Below, one piece after another: positions 38,610-51,405 of a stretch of DNA of 64,000 nt. A program made the translations under genes and the position numbers. Numbering within the stretch: position 1 is the stretch's first letter; every line of letters begins with the position of its first letter. A model generated the notes under the pieces. The model was not told where the DNA came from, searched no databases, and worked only from the letters and a program-made list of their open reading frames with translations. Source of the DNA: Camelus ferus (taxonomy: Eukaryota); contig NC_045696.1 in the NCBI RefSeq assembly GCF_009834535.1, positions 46,750,001 to 46,814,000 on the forward strand. Direction: 5' to 3'.

Positions 38610-38900
38610 AAGAATACCAAGTACCAGACATCGTATTAGTGATTAAAATATCTCATGCAGTTATGGTGCCAGGTAATGAATTCTCATCTAATCCCGTCGG
38701 CTCTAATGTTGGTATTGCACTGCTCTTATCCTAACTTTAAGGATGAGGAACCAGGCACAGAAATGACTTTTTAAAAAAGAAAAGAAAGCAAAAACAAAAC
38801 GAAGCAAAACAATGCCCAGGGGACACATAAGCATTAAGTGGTGAGGCTGAGAATTGAACACCAGCCTCCAACTCTTCTGTCTGTGCTCTTAGCCACTGCC
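38610..38900 (-). mobile_element. MIR SINE (degenerate)
   Basis: TCTCATCTAATCC...TTTAAGGATGAGGAACCAGGCACAGA...GTGCTCTTAGCCACT. Confidence 0.55.
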
Positions 38901-40069
38901 AGGAACAGGAGGGCAGAGAGAGAAGGAGAAGACACAATCTCCATCACTGAGAAGCCTGCAGTCCGTAGAGATGCCTCAGAGCGAGAACCCAGATTCCATC
39001 CTGTTTCCTATGCTTTGTAGTTCTGCAGTCTTCCTTTCGGAATTGGAGAGAAGTTTATCTTGCCTTGTACCTGCCATCCATGCAATCCTTCCTGTCCATC
39101 TGAACCTGCTGTCCTGGCCACAGCTGATTGGACCACACATGCAGAAGAAGTAAGCACGTTCTAGACAGAGAAAAGAGCCTCTGATAAGTCCTGGAGGTAA
39201 TTTTTTCCAGTTGTGGAAGAAAGGGTGATGTGGAGAGAAACAGTGAGCAAGCCAGCCGACAGGGAAAAAAGAACAAGGGGTTTGGACGGAAACATGTTGT
39301 CCAGCCCTCTGATTCAATAACTTGTCACTCTTTAAAGCTTTGTTCTTTAAATATTTACTCAACGTTCGTTTACATGAGAGGCTGAGCTCCGCCTGGGAAA
39401 AGTGCAGAAGAGGAGGCTGTGCTCGTTTATAGCACCGTCCTAATTTAGATCTGACCCCAAGCATCACATACAGCTCAGCCAAGCAGACGTTCTACAGTAA
39501 CTAGGATCTTCCTGCTTCACATTGTGCCTCTCAACTGACCTCAGGTCCAGCCATTATCTTTTTTACCTCCAGCGTAGCCCTGCGGGAGGTCTCATTTTCT
39601 CCCCACCACTCCTGAGGGTCACGGTTCCCCTGCCCCTCACCCTAAGGGTGTTAAGCTTTCCAAAAGCATGCAGCAGTCCCTGAGCAGAGATACTTCTCTG
39701 GTAATCTTTTGGTGTTCTGTTATATTTTTATTTATCTTACAGAAGTTGCTCCAATAGAATTGCTCCAAACTTGTCCTTAAGTTGTCTCTGTGACAAGGAT
39801 GGGAGAATTGGAAAATGCCAAGTTCATGATCACGCAGGCATTGACCTAAGAGTGTTGGGAGCCATTAGAGGGTTTTAAATGGAGTGATGTGGCTTGTGTT
39901 CTAAGCAGACTACCCTGGAGGCAGGGGACAAAACCCTACACAGGCTACAATTGGTGGGTCTGGAGAACTAAGGATGGCAGGGGTGGAGGCGACAAGTCTA
40001 GTCCCTCTCAATCTCAAATCTGCCCATGTCCCCAGCTCTGCTTCTTTTCAATAGGAATCATTGTCGTCA

Positions 40070-40224
40070 TTGTCATGACTTGCAGAGCCCAGTACAAAAT
40101 AAAAGTGCAGAGTCCCTCTTTTAACAAGTTATCAAGGAGTTCAAGATGATGATAGATGGTGGGGGTTTTTCTGAGCTCAGGGCTGAGAGACTGCACAGGT
40201 CACACACCCATGAAGCCAGCCCTG
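40070..40224 (-). mobile_element. MER45A-like hAT-Tip100 element
   Basis: Ends ACTGCACAGGTCACACACCCATGAAGCCAGCCCTG; internal GCCCAGTACAAAATAAAAGTG. Confidence 0.7.
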
Positions 40225-40690
40225 CCAGAAGTCACAGCTTCTCTGTCCTAGGATTTTCTGCGATGGTAACTCAGTACTCTCTGTTTCAGTGTCTCCTTTC
40301 TTGACTTTTGACTTTACTCTGCCTTTTCTGGTTGATAGTTTTTGCCTCCTGTCTTCTTTCTGTGTATCATGTGGCCTCCATCCTGCTACTGACTGATGAC
40401 TTTCTCTGAACGTCTCATTTTCAGACTCTACATAAGAGAGGATCTGACAGGTTGAAATAGATATTATCCAGCAGAGATCATTTTTGTTGGGAAGAGCCCC
40501 ATCCATAATTAACCTCAAGGTCATAGGCTGACCATGACTCAGGTGTCCACTCCTGGCCAGGCTGGCAGGGGCACATGGACAGAAGGGATTCCTTCATAAG
40601 GAAGGCACAAGTGAATTATCGATTCCTCTCCAGCCAAAAGCATTCGAATAAGTGTAAATATTTTAAATCAAATATTTATTGAGTGTCAGT

Positions 40691-41300
40691 TGTCAAACCC
40701 AAATTCCTGTGCCTGACACACAGTGAGGCCAAACAAACCAAAATGTAAGAGTTTGGAGCAGAGAAAGGTTTATTGCAAGAGACAAGCAAGGATAGGCGAC
40801 TTGTGCCCCAAAGACCCGAACACCCTGAGGATCTCCAGGGAAGAATTTTTAAAGGCAATATTGGGCGGTGGGGGGAGGGTTGCAGGATGTGTGACTTTCT
40901 TCTGATTGGTTGGTGATGAGGTAAACCAGGTAGTTTACAGGAATTTCAATCATCAGCCTTCTGATTTCAACCAGTCTGGAGTCTAGTGTTTGCGCTCAGC
41001 CTGCAGTTACCATCCTCCACCTGGGTGGGGCCTTAGTTCCTGTAGAAGAACTCAGAGATAAGCATCAGATTAAGTACACCCAGTGAGGAGGAACTAGGGC
41101 TCTGTTTTACTGCTGCACTATTGTTTCTTGACTGCTTTTCCTTTGTCCCTGCATCCCCTCACTTCCTTAATTAGTAACACTGTTTAAATCCGCCCTTCAG
41201 AACTCAGGGAAGGTCTGAGAGGCTGGAGCTTTTTTTCTGCAGACAAGAAACAGGGAGGCCTTTGTACCCGAGAGGGCTGGCAGGGTCCTGCTGTAGGTGT
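40691..41300 (-). mobile_element. ERV1-class solo LTR inserted in an L2 relic
   Basis: TGTCAAACCCAAATTC start, GAGTTTGGAGCAGAGAAAGGTTTATTGCA, CTGATTGGTTGGTGATGAGGTAA, TTCAGAACTCAGGGAAGGTC; flanked by L2-like AATATTTATTGAG and CCTGCCTTCATGGAGTTTA. Confidence 0.75.
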
Positions 41301-42132
41301 CCTGCCTACTGCTACATAGTAGTGCTTGCATGGCAGCGTGCCTTTTGGAGATTCATTGGTGAAACAGACAGATTTGGTTCCTGCCTTCATGGAGTTTATG
41401 TAACGCTCCCAAATTGAGAAGTGAGAACGAGCTCTTAGAACTCTAAGGAGCTCTCATGGGCAGGAAATAGCTAAAGAAAATGAACAGCACCGGAATTTTA
41501 GCAGCACTAAACTGAAGTAAAACACTGACGTTATTTTTTTTGTAATCAAACATAAGATAATAGAAATGTGTCAAGTACTCCAGGTAGCATAAGGAAGAAA
41601 AATGTTTTGAAAATGAAATACAACATTCTTTGGGCTAGATTCTTCTTTCACAGGCAAAGAATCAACATTTACTCGAGTCATAGTTGTCTAAACACTCTAA
41701 TGCTTTGATTTTTGTGTTTTTTTCACAGGAACAATCTAGCTCCCTGTTATCTGAGAGGCAGACCTCTGAGCACCTGAACAGTTATCTTCCTTAGTAAACC
41801 AATCTGAGTGCAAACAAAGCCCTTCATTTGAAGGTCAAGGGTTTCTTTTGCCCTTTATTTAAAGGAACCACATTCTTGTGAAATGGCACTAAATTATAAG
41901 CACCCAATCCTTTTAGGGTGAGAGTTGTAATTTTCCAGGCTTCAAATTGTCCACTTACGGAAACCACCTCCTGCCAGTCTGTTTGAAAATATTCTCCTTA
42001 GAGATTAACAATGTTCACACCATCCTTTGGATGTCAGTAGGTTTTAATTGCCTAATGAGCATTTCTGCTTAGCCATCTTGTAGACAACTCAGTATCAAAA
42101 AGCACCAAATTGAGTTATGATCTGGTAACTCC

Positions 42133-42708
42133 TTAATTAATTAATTAATTAATTAATTAATTATTGAATTAAAGTTAGTTTGCAATGTTATGTCAATTTC
42201 TGGGGTACAGCATAATGTTTCAGTCATACATATACATACTTATATTTGTTTTCATATCCTTTTTCATTATAGGCTATTACAAGATATTGAATATAGTTCT
42301 CTGTGCCATACAGTATAAGCTTGTTGTTTATTTTATATATAGTAGTTAGTATTTGCAAATTCTGAACTCTCAATTTATTCCTCCCCATCCCCTTTCCCCT
42401 CTGGTAACCATAAGTTTGTTTTCTATGTCTGTGAGTCTGTTTCTGTTTTGTAAATAAGTTATTTTGTATCTTTTTCTTAAGATTCCACATATAAGTGATA
42501 TCATATGATATTTTTCTTTCTCTTTCTGGCTTACTTCACTTAGAATGATGATCTTCATTTCCATCCATGTTGCTGCAGATGTCATTATTTTATCGTTTTT
42601 TTATGGCTTAGTAGGGGTCCTTTGTATATATATGTACCACGACTTCTTTATCCAGTCATCTGCTGATGGACATTTGGGTTATTTCCATGTCTTGGCTATT
42701 GTAAATAG
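42133..42708 (-). mobile_element. 5'-truncated LINE-1 with (TTAA)n tail
   Basis: ORF 42370-42585(-) AATWMEMKIIILSEVSQKEKEKYHMISLICGI resembles the L1 ORF2 C-terminal region; L1 3' UTR; (TTAA)n at 42133-42162. Confidence 0.92.
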
Positions 42709-43025
42709 CCTTTTTATTCTTAATATCTGTTAATGGCACCTCTGTACTAGAAATCTAGAGAGGCAATCTCTTACTCAAATATAAATTTCTGCATTTTTTT
42801 ACCTAAATGTCTCTTGAATTTGCCTCCCAAACCCCTCCTCTACTCTTACCTCCCTCCCTTGCAGGCTCAAGTCTTTATACCTTCCTTGTACTTGAACTGT
42901 GTCCTCCTAATTTTTCTCAAGACTTTACTTTGTCTTTCTGAATCTTGCTCTCCCATTGCACCACAACCATATGTCTGCAGTTCCCATTTGGTCACTTCCC
43001 TGTTCAGTGGTTTCCTATTATTACC

Positions 43026-43752
43026 AGCAGTTTTTCTCAAGAGGATGGGTCTCTTTTGAAATTTTGGGAGGGGCAAGAAGGTCTTCATTGTGCTGGACTG
43101 TCCATTCACACTACAGAACATTAAACATCCCTGGATGTGGGCTGCTATATGCTAATAGAATCCCTCACTGTGATGAGGGGGAGCAGAATACACCCCCCCC
43201 AAAATATGCCATTCTGGCATATTGATTAATTGAATTAAAGTTACTTAAGAAACAGCCAGTGCAAGAAGGACACTCTGACCCACTTTTGTCCCCTTGAAAA
43301 CAGGAAATAAATCTCCCATGTAAAATGTACTCTTCCTGTACCAAGAGGTAGAGACACATCCTTATCACCAGAGATAGGGAGATTAAGGCCAAAAAGACTT
43401 AATAAACAAAACTCACTTCTTTACTAATTTACTATTCCAAGCCCAAACCTCTCTGTCCTGTCAATTCCTCACAAACATATTGTTTCTTTGTCTAAAAAGT
43501 ATAAAAGCTGCCTGCTTTGAGTACTTCTTTGAGTCTTATTTTTATGAGCTCATGTACATCTGTACAGAATTAAATTTATTTTTCCTCCTATTAATCCATT
43601 TTATGTCAATTTAATTATTAGGTCAGCCAAAGAACCTAGAAGGGAAGAAGGGGAAAGTTTTCATCCCCTACAGTGACAACCAAGAAATGTACACACACAT
43701 TCTCAGACATGCGCTGGTACAGCCCCCTCCCCCACAGTTGACAATCAGCTCT
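43026..43752 (-). mobile_element. MER20 hAT-Charlie element split by an LTR
   Basis: CAGCAGTTTTTCTCAA...CATCCCTGG...TGTGA | GTGACAACCAAGAAATGT...AGTTGACAATCA. Confidence 0.65.
43174..43672 (+). mobile_element. ERV1 solo LTR (MER34-like), full length
   Basis: TG...CA termini, CCCCAAAATATGCCATTCTGGCATATTGATTA, TATAAAAG near 43500, 4 bp TSD GTGA at 43170-43173 and 43673-43676. Confidence 0.85.
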
Positions 43753-43886
43753 AAGAGAAAAGCCCCTACTTCTTAATATGGTGTGCAAAGTCCTCAAAGA
43801 CCTGACCCCTACCTAGACTTCCAGTCTTCCTACTACACCCTTGGTTCTGTTAGCAGTGACTGCTGTGTTGTGCCACCTGACGACAG

Positions 43887-44430
43887 TGTTACTGAGTGAA
43901 CTCAGGTCTGGCTGCTCACCATTCAAAGATCAATACCCAAGAGGTAAGTGTTGGTGGAAAGGAAAATTGCTTCTAATTAGAAAGCTGGTAATCTGGGGAG
44001 AAGGCAGACTCATGTCCTGAGACCAACTCTGAAGATTCTTCTCAGCTATGACAATTTTTAAAGGGAAAAAGGGGAAACACCCTCAGTTATTCATGATGGT
44101 AGGAAGTCAGATTCTTCATCATTTTCCCATTGAATGCAGACCTGCTGAATTCCCCTGATCTTCCTTCGGATGCTTTCTTGCCCATGTGGTCCGCCTGCAA
44201 ATTTGCCAAGGTGGAAGCTGGGGGTGAAGAGTCAGTCATTCTTTAAGTACTTGATTCTCTATTCTTACTCCTTTTAATCCAGGAAAGGAACCAACAGGCT
44301 AGGCAAGGCATTGTGACATTGAATTGAGCAGAAGTCAGGAGTTAGGTTAAGTGTTACCTGGTGATCTCATTTTATAATTAAGGCTTAAGGAGAAAAGAAA
44401 TATACAAACTGGAAAGGGGCAAAAGAGCTG
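43887..44430 (-). mobile_element. ERV1-class LTR
   Basis: TGTTACTGAGTGAACTCAGGTCTGGCTGCTCACC...GTGTTGGTGGAAAGGAAAATTGCTT...GGGGAGAAGGCAGACTCATGTCC; right boundary uncertain. Confidence 0.6.
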
Positions 44431-46264
44431 CTCACCATAGCTCCTCCAACCCCCTCACCCAGCTAACTCCTCATTCTTCAAGGTTCAGCTCAAGGTCTCC
44501 TCCTTCCAGAAGCCTTCCTTAAATACCTTCCTTTACCTTGTTTCTCTTTGCCCCTTCCTCTTGCTCCCACCCCCATTCCAGCACCAAATGGACAAGAGTG
44601 TCTCCTCTGGGTGCACCCCACACCCTAGGATTCTCTCCCAACACCCACCATAGCAAGTTACATGATCTGTTGATGCCTGATTACTCCACTAATGGTTTTG
44701 TAGACAGTGTGGAGGAGAAGTATCTTGAGTTGCCATCCAGTCTCTGGTCTCTCATCTTGTTTTACCTATACTGTCTCAAGTATTTTTCTTAAAAACCAAA
44801 TACCCCTTTTATAACCTCAACCCCTCCCTTTTCTGAAACTCCTGTGGTAGTTCTTTGCCTCCACACTGTCGGCAGAGTGGTCTTTGAGTCCTACCACTTG
44901 TCACCTGTCAGTGATTGGACAGACCCATAGCCAAATGCTCTCCCCTGTCCTTTCATCTCCTTACACTCACCATGACCACTTTCTCTGGGTTTCTGTCAAT
45001 GCAAGTGTTTACTGAGAAGCTTTTAAATGCCTCATGGACTGAGCATTGACCTAAGGAGCCCGCCCAGTAGATTCCCTGGTCCTGCTGGAGCCAGCCCGCC
45101 CGACAGGGAAAAAAGGAAGCAGTGAGAACACAGGCGGGCTGATGGGTGAGTGCCACTGGGGGACGGTGAAGAAGTGTGTGGACTTCAGAAAGGGATCTGG
45201 TTGGGCTCCCTGGGCCTCCATTTCCTGAGCTTTCAATAGGGGCTGCACTATGAAGTCTAAGTCATTCCAACACCCTGTCTGCTCTGTGCGTCTCTTTATG
45301 TGAGCTGAAATAATTGACGGAATTTTTTTATGAAGGCCTTGGGGCTTCAGCTGTGCTGTGAAGGATAGATGGGGTCAAAGAGGAGAAAGAGAAGGGGAGA
45401 TAGTCCCGCCTGAACCAAAGTCTGGGGGCAGGAGGCGTGCGGGCTTCTGGAGGGAGACTCGTAGGACTGGCCGGCCCGAGGGGAGGAGGAGAGACGGCTG
45501 CGGATAATGAAGAGGGTCAGGGATGGGCTGCAGGAACAGCCTGAGGTTAGGACGGCCACAACAGGGCAGGTGCGCCGGGACTCAAAGGCCTCTCTGCCAG
45601 CAGCGTGGTGTCATAGAGCCACCTAGGAATTCACAAGACTGAGGGGTTGAAGTATAAAAGCGGTATTTGTTTTTTAAGAAAAGTGTTTGAGACAGAGTAC
45701 AGGTAAGACGAGGTGAGAGACCAGAAACTGGACGGCAACTTGAGATGCTTCTGCAGCTGCCCAGGTGGCTGCCACAGTGGGACTTAGAATTCAAGCACCT
45801 TTAACACTAGGAACCCATGTAAGTTCTTGATTTATTAATTGGTGTGAACTGTAAAGAGAGAGGAATCTTAACTCCAGAGTTAAGATCCTGGGAAATACTC
45901 AGAGATAAGAACCCTTGGGAGTCATCGAGATTAAAAAGACTGAGCTTGCTCTGGGACGTGTTGAGTCGTGGTCATGTCAGGACATTCAAATCGAAATAAA
46001 TGTCTGGCTTTTTGTTAGAGACGCCTCACTGCTGCCCTGTCACTGCTGCAGCACTGTCCTGTCACAGCCTGTCCTAATGGGCTGTCTCTTTACTGCTCCT
46101 GGGAAGACAGCCTCCGGTTACCTCCACAAAGGCATTCTCTGTCTTATCTTGAATGTGACCTTTCCCTTAATTTATAATATCTACTCTTGAATCTCTTGGT
46201 GTATTAGCATCCGTTTCCCACTCTCTAGTGGATGAAAAGAGGCGTGGGGGAGATCAGGACAGAA

Positions 46265-46660
46265 TCTATTTATTTATTTGTTCCACAAATATTTACTGAT
46301 TTCCTACTTTGTGCCAGGCACTGCGCTAGGCACTTCGGCATCTAAGAGTGAGTAAACCCACCCTTCGTGGTAGGGAAGATAAGATGCCAAATGAGGGTGA
46401 GGAGTGCAAGAAAGGAAAGTGCAGGTTTCCTCAAATATAAAACAGGGAAGCCTGAAGAGCCCTGAGGGGTTACGGGAGGATTTAAAAGAAGCAGCATTTA
46501 AGCGCAGCCCTGAGGGATGCTTGGGGGTGACTCAGGGCAGCACTGCAGGGCTGCCCAACTCCAAGGGCATCTCTCACACTGTGCTCTGTATGAATGGGCC
46601 CCTTGGAGATGTGCAAGGAAATGGCCCAGAATAAGGGTTGGGAAATGTGGTGGTGGGAGA
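46265..46660 (-). mobile_element. L2 LINE 3' region
   Basis: TTTATTTGTTCCACAAATATTTACTGATTTCCTACTTTGTGCCAGGCACTGCGCTAGGCAC. Confidence 0.7.
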
Positions 46661-46706
46661 GGAGCAGGTGGTGGCAGGGACCCCTGATCTGATCTGCGTT
46701 TAGATA

Positions 46707-46946
46707 CTGACTCATGCTAAAAAAAAATCATAAGGCATTAATAAATATAAATCAGCATAGCTGTTTGCTAATTTTCATGAGACGTTGGAGTAGATCTCTG
46801 TCACGCAGACCAGAGATTGACAGCCTTGAGGTGCTGACTCATGCTAACTAAACTCTCGAGGCATTAATATATGCAAGCCTGCATGCCGGTTTGTTAATTT
46901 TCTATGAGAAACAGAGTCGATCTGTCAAGCGCACCAGAGATTGACA
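46707..46946. repeat. Diverged tandem duplication, 127 bp period, 2 copies
   Basis: CTGACTCATGCTAA...AGGCATTAATA...TAATTTTC...TCTGTCA...ACCAGAGATTGACA at 46707-46822 and 46834-46946. Confidence 0.9.
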
Positions 46947-47624
46947 ACTCGTCCTCTCCCTGCGTGGGGGGCTCCCTGGGACGCTCAGTTATCCCAGGGT
47001 TTCATGGTGAGCCTGCAATCAGAGGAAAGAGCAGTTAGTGGCATGGCCTGAGGACTTCAGGACCTCGGGCTCTGTGTCTGATGTGCCCATCTCTTGTTGG
47101 GGACAGGCTCAGGGGGTTTGTCAGGGGAAAGAGACAAGGTGAGGGCTCGGCCCACCCTGACCTCTTTGCCGCTTTCTGTTTCAAAGCTTATTAACTTTCC
47201 TGATTCTAACACTCTTTCTTTAAATGCGTGAATGCTAACTGCAGCTTGGGGTTAACCTGCTGACTGCATCCCTTAATGAAACCAACTAGTCATTTCACTT
47301 TGGAGCACTCCCATTGTTTGGGCTCTCGGTGTCACCTTTCTGTTGTCCTCAGTCCATATGTACAAGCTAATTTGGTGTCTTGGGTCATTGTAGTACATGT
47401 TTGGTTTTAGGGCAAACGGAATGCAAATCAACATTTAAGCAGGTAAAAAGCAGGGTGGCTTTGGGACATAATTTAAGTCATCTCACCAGGAGTAGAACTC
47501 ACCCCTCCTGACTTCTGCTCCACCCCACTGCTGGTGCCTGGGGCCGGCGTAGCAAAACACTGCCCTGCCACTGGAATGGCTCGGCCCTTACCTCCACTGG
47601 CTTTTTCTCAGTCTGCACACTTCA

Positions 47625-48131
47625 TGTGAAGGCAGAATAATGGCCCCCCAAAGATGTCCAGGTCCTAATCCCTGGCACATATATGAATATGTACATTACT
47701 TGGCCAAGGGACCGACAGGGTTAAGAATCTTGAGATGGGGACATTGTTGTGGATTATCTGAACCTAATATAGTCACAACAGTCCTTATAAGAAACACAGT
47801 GAAGTAGGAAAGTGAGGGAAAGAGATGCAATGATGGAAGCAAGAGGTCAGAGAAAGAGAGAGATTCGAAGACACTACTCTGCTGGCTTTGAAGATGGAGG
47901 AGACACTTTGAAGATGGAGATGCAAAGGAGTGTGGCAGCCTCTAGGAGCTGGAAAAGGCAAGGCAACCGATTGTGCCCTGGAGCACTTAGAAGAAACACA
48001 GCCTGACTGACATCTCTATTTTAGGAGTTCTGAAATATAGAACTCTAAGATAATAAGTCTGTATTGTTTTTATACCGACAAGTTTGTAAGTTTGTGGTAA
48101 TTTGTTACAGCAGTAGTAAGAAACTGATACA
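47625..48131 (+). mobile_element. MaLR solo LTR (MLT1D-like)
   Basis: TGTG...GGCAGAATAATGGCCCCC, CTGGCTTTGAAGATGGAGG, AGCTGGAAAAGGCAAGG; ends TTTGTTACAGCAG...GAAACTGATACA. Confidence 0.88.
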
Positions 48132-49659
48132 CTCAACTTCTGTCTGTGGAACCTATCTGGCTACGTCCACCCTCCTGTCTCCATCCCCATCCCTCCGGAC
48201 ACATCGGAGAGCCTGCTGGTGGGAGAGTAGGCACTCTGCTTGTGCAGGGTGAGGATTACGCTTCTCAAATAGTGCAGTATTCAAAGCTCCAGCTCATTGC
48301 TGCCCACACGTAAACGTTGATTCCGTGCCCTGGGCCCAAAATACAGCTGCACTGTCACTGCCTGTGCTGTGACACAGCCCTCCTAGGGTGCTGATGAAGA
48401 TGCCAGCTTCCTTTGAAGCTAGCTGTTTAGATCAGCTCTATAGGAGCCCCGAGCAAGATGAGAAGTAGGTCCGAGATTCTCATCACGATGCAAGTTTTGT
48501 TTCAAAAATGCACAATCAACCGACTGGAACAGGAAATAATTAATCAGGACATTACAGAGCAGTTAAGTATAATTAATTCATACAAAAGAATGTGAGTGTG
48601 CAGTTTTAGCTGCCAGAGTGATTTTATTTCCCTGCAAATTTAGGTCAAGATAAACAAACATCAGAATAATCTTTTCAGGTTTTTCATGAATCGTGGGTTA
48701 TTTCCTCCTTGCTAGTTAGCAAAAATATTATTAAGCTCATACACTGGCACCTCTAAGTTGATCGTATTCTGGAGAAAGAGCTCCTAGGAAATGGGAAATT
48801 CACTCTTACGTAGAAATCACTCTCCACATGTGCGTGTGTGCATGCGTGCATCTGCACGTTTGTGTGTTAGGAGGTGGTGCTGAATAAAAGCTGGAGGGAA
48901 ATTTGATTTCTGCCCAAATATCTGAAAATCTAAGCAGAATGCATAAAAAATTGATGTTGTGAAAACACCATCTGAGAAAGTGACTTAATCTCAAGAGTAA
49001 ATTTATTGATGCTATGTGGGTTTTCCTTTCCTTTCACCCCCCCCCCCTTTACAGCTTAGAGCTCTCTGTAAGGAAAGAGGTGAAAAATGTAAGGCAATAT
49101 GAGTTGGCCGTGGCAACAACATTATCATTCTTCAAACCAGTTCTTTTGTCATAGCTGGGACATTCAAAAAGCCAACAAGACAAGGCCTGTAAGCAGGGCT
49201 TTATGTAGAGGTGGAAGAATTCATCATGCGGGAAGGTTGGAGGAAACATTTCTCCCCTTTGTGGCTTCAGAGAGCACGGTGAGCCCTGTTCAGCTAGAAA
49301 AATAGAATTGGGTTCATGTGATGGATGATTATTGTTTGGAAGTGCAGATCCCTCACAGCAACAATAGGAGAGGCCGGGCTTGCGGACAGCTTCCAGGGCT
49401 GGTTGGCTTCTCTCTCCCTGATAAATTTACTCTCCAGATTAACTTAATCACAAATTACAGCCAAAGGGCTGTCTGGTCACCTAAGATGGAACTAGTAATG
49501 TCCTATTATGTGACAAATATAAACAGGCTCTGACTTCTGGTCTAATTCACAGTGTAATGAATGAAACTCTGTCTCTTAAGAGTCTTAACTGGTGCATTTG
49601 GAGTCAGTCCAGTTTCCAAGAACTGTACTTTCATGCCTTTGAGCTCTACCTTTACTGGA

Positions 49660-49950
49660 AGGTATGGTTTTCAAGATGAAAGGTATGACCCATCAATGGG
49701 TTTTGAAATAAATTCCATGCTTTATAACCAGTATTTTTTAATAAAGGAATGGAATAGACAAGAAAATATCAGAATGTGTTATACAAAGTAAGGATGACAG
49801 TGAGTGAAAGTTTAGTTTGAATGACTGTGTGTGTGTGTGTGTGTGTATCTATAGCACAGCATACACATTCACCTACACACCTGCATGTTTGTGTGTACTT
49901 GGCTGTGATGAAAATGTATTAAACCGTGGCCAAAAAGGTTTGAAAGCGTT
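49660..49950. mobile_element. Probable hAT-Charlie-type relic with internal (TG)n
   Basis: Ends TGGTTTTCAA ... GTTTGAAAGC resemble hAT inverted termini; (TG)n at ~49826-49846. Confidence 0.4.
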
Positions 49951-50919
49951 TGCTGAATGTGTTGGGCATTCTAATGCCTGTTTCTACCCACAGAGATATG
50001 CAGGGTAAAGCATAATGAAGCGAGTCTACCCTGGGGAGAGTTGTGGACAGAGCCAAAAGGAACCGAACACACAGAGACACGTTGACAGTGGCTGCTCTGG
50101 TCCCTGCCGCTGCCTCGGACCCAGTTAAGGTCTCCAGGAGGTCTGCTTATATACCACCGGGCTCTTTCCCTGGGAGCCTGTGAGATCCCCCTTCCCTTAT
50201 TGCTCTCTGTGTACACAGAGTTTTCATACTGCAAATGGGACACAACATGATTGATTAACCAGGGGACAGGTACAGACTCTTACGACCCGTGCAGAGGTAG
50301 CTCGTGCAGGCAGAGGAAGAGCTGTTCAAAGCACTGGAAACGGTAAGAAGCGCTGCACTGCTGATGCCGAACGCGTGACGCTTGAGCAAGCGCTAGATGG
50401 AATCTCATGCTGCATTTTTATTGTGCATTTAAGTGTTCCAGCAGCACACGTACAACTATGGTAATGATTTTGTTATAGCGACTCCTGCAGTCCCTATTTC
50501 CTCTCTCTCTCTCTCTCTTTTTAATGAAAACACAAGTTTACATAATGCCGTTTTGATTGAGGGAAGGATGCCCGGGTGCACAGCTCTCACTGTGCTGGAG
50601 TTACTGTTCTCTGGTCCAACCCAGGGAAATCGCTCTACCTTGTAGCCAGCAGGACCTACGACTGATAGGGAGCATATCCAGCATCTCAGATTCTTGACGT
50701 CTTGTGTTTATTTTTGGGGTAGTTTTAGTAAATGGGGCAGTCATTTCAAAGTGCTAGTTATGAACTAAGCAAGCGTCATCAGAGCTCACGACATCCAAGG
50801 ACCGAGACACCTGCGCATTACGTACCTCCAGATGGAGTACCCCACACCCCAAACTAAGTCTGCATAAACCTCCAGCTCTGAGTACCACCCGACAGGAAAT
50901 AGAGGAGAAAAGGAAGCAT

Positions 50920-51405
50920 ATTAAATGATGTCACGGGGATTCCATCCACGGAGTCAAACCTAAAACAGAAACAACACAACCAACAGAGAAAAAGAGTGTG
51001 AGCCTTGTTTGGATCCTGAGGCAAATAAACGACCACAAAAAAAAAAAAAAAAAAAAAACAACCCAGGAGAGAGGGACCATCTCTAGGATAATCAGGGAAA
51101 TGTAAATACTAAATGGATATCTAATGATATTCAGGAATTGTTAGTACTGATTTTAGGGAGGTGTGAGGATGCCCTCATCATTGTTTTTTGAAAGGGCCGT
51201 CTTTGTCTTTTACAAATATGTACAGAAAAATTTGTCAGTGACGTGCTCTGACGTCTGAGATTTGCTTCAGAATGATCTGGGTCAGGGAGAGGATGGAGGA
51301 GGAAACAAGATCGGCCTGAGTTGAAAATACTGAAAGGTAATAGGAGTTTGTTATAATACACTCTGTGCTTTGGTATACATTTGAAATTTTCCTTAATGAA
51401 AAAAT
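50920..51405 (+). mobile_element. Ancient LINE-1 3' UTR (L1MC/ME-type)
   Basis: TGATATTCAGGAATTGTT, GAGATTTGCTTCAGAAT, TTTGAAATTTTCCTTAATGAAAAAA. Confidence 0.6.
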
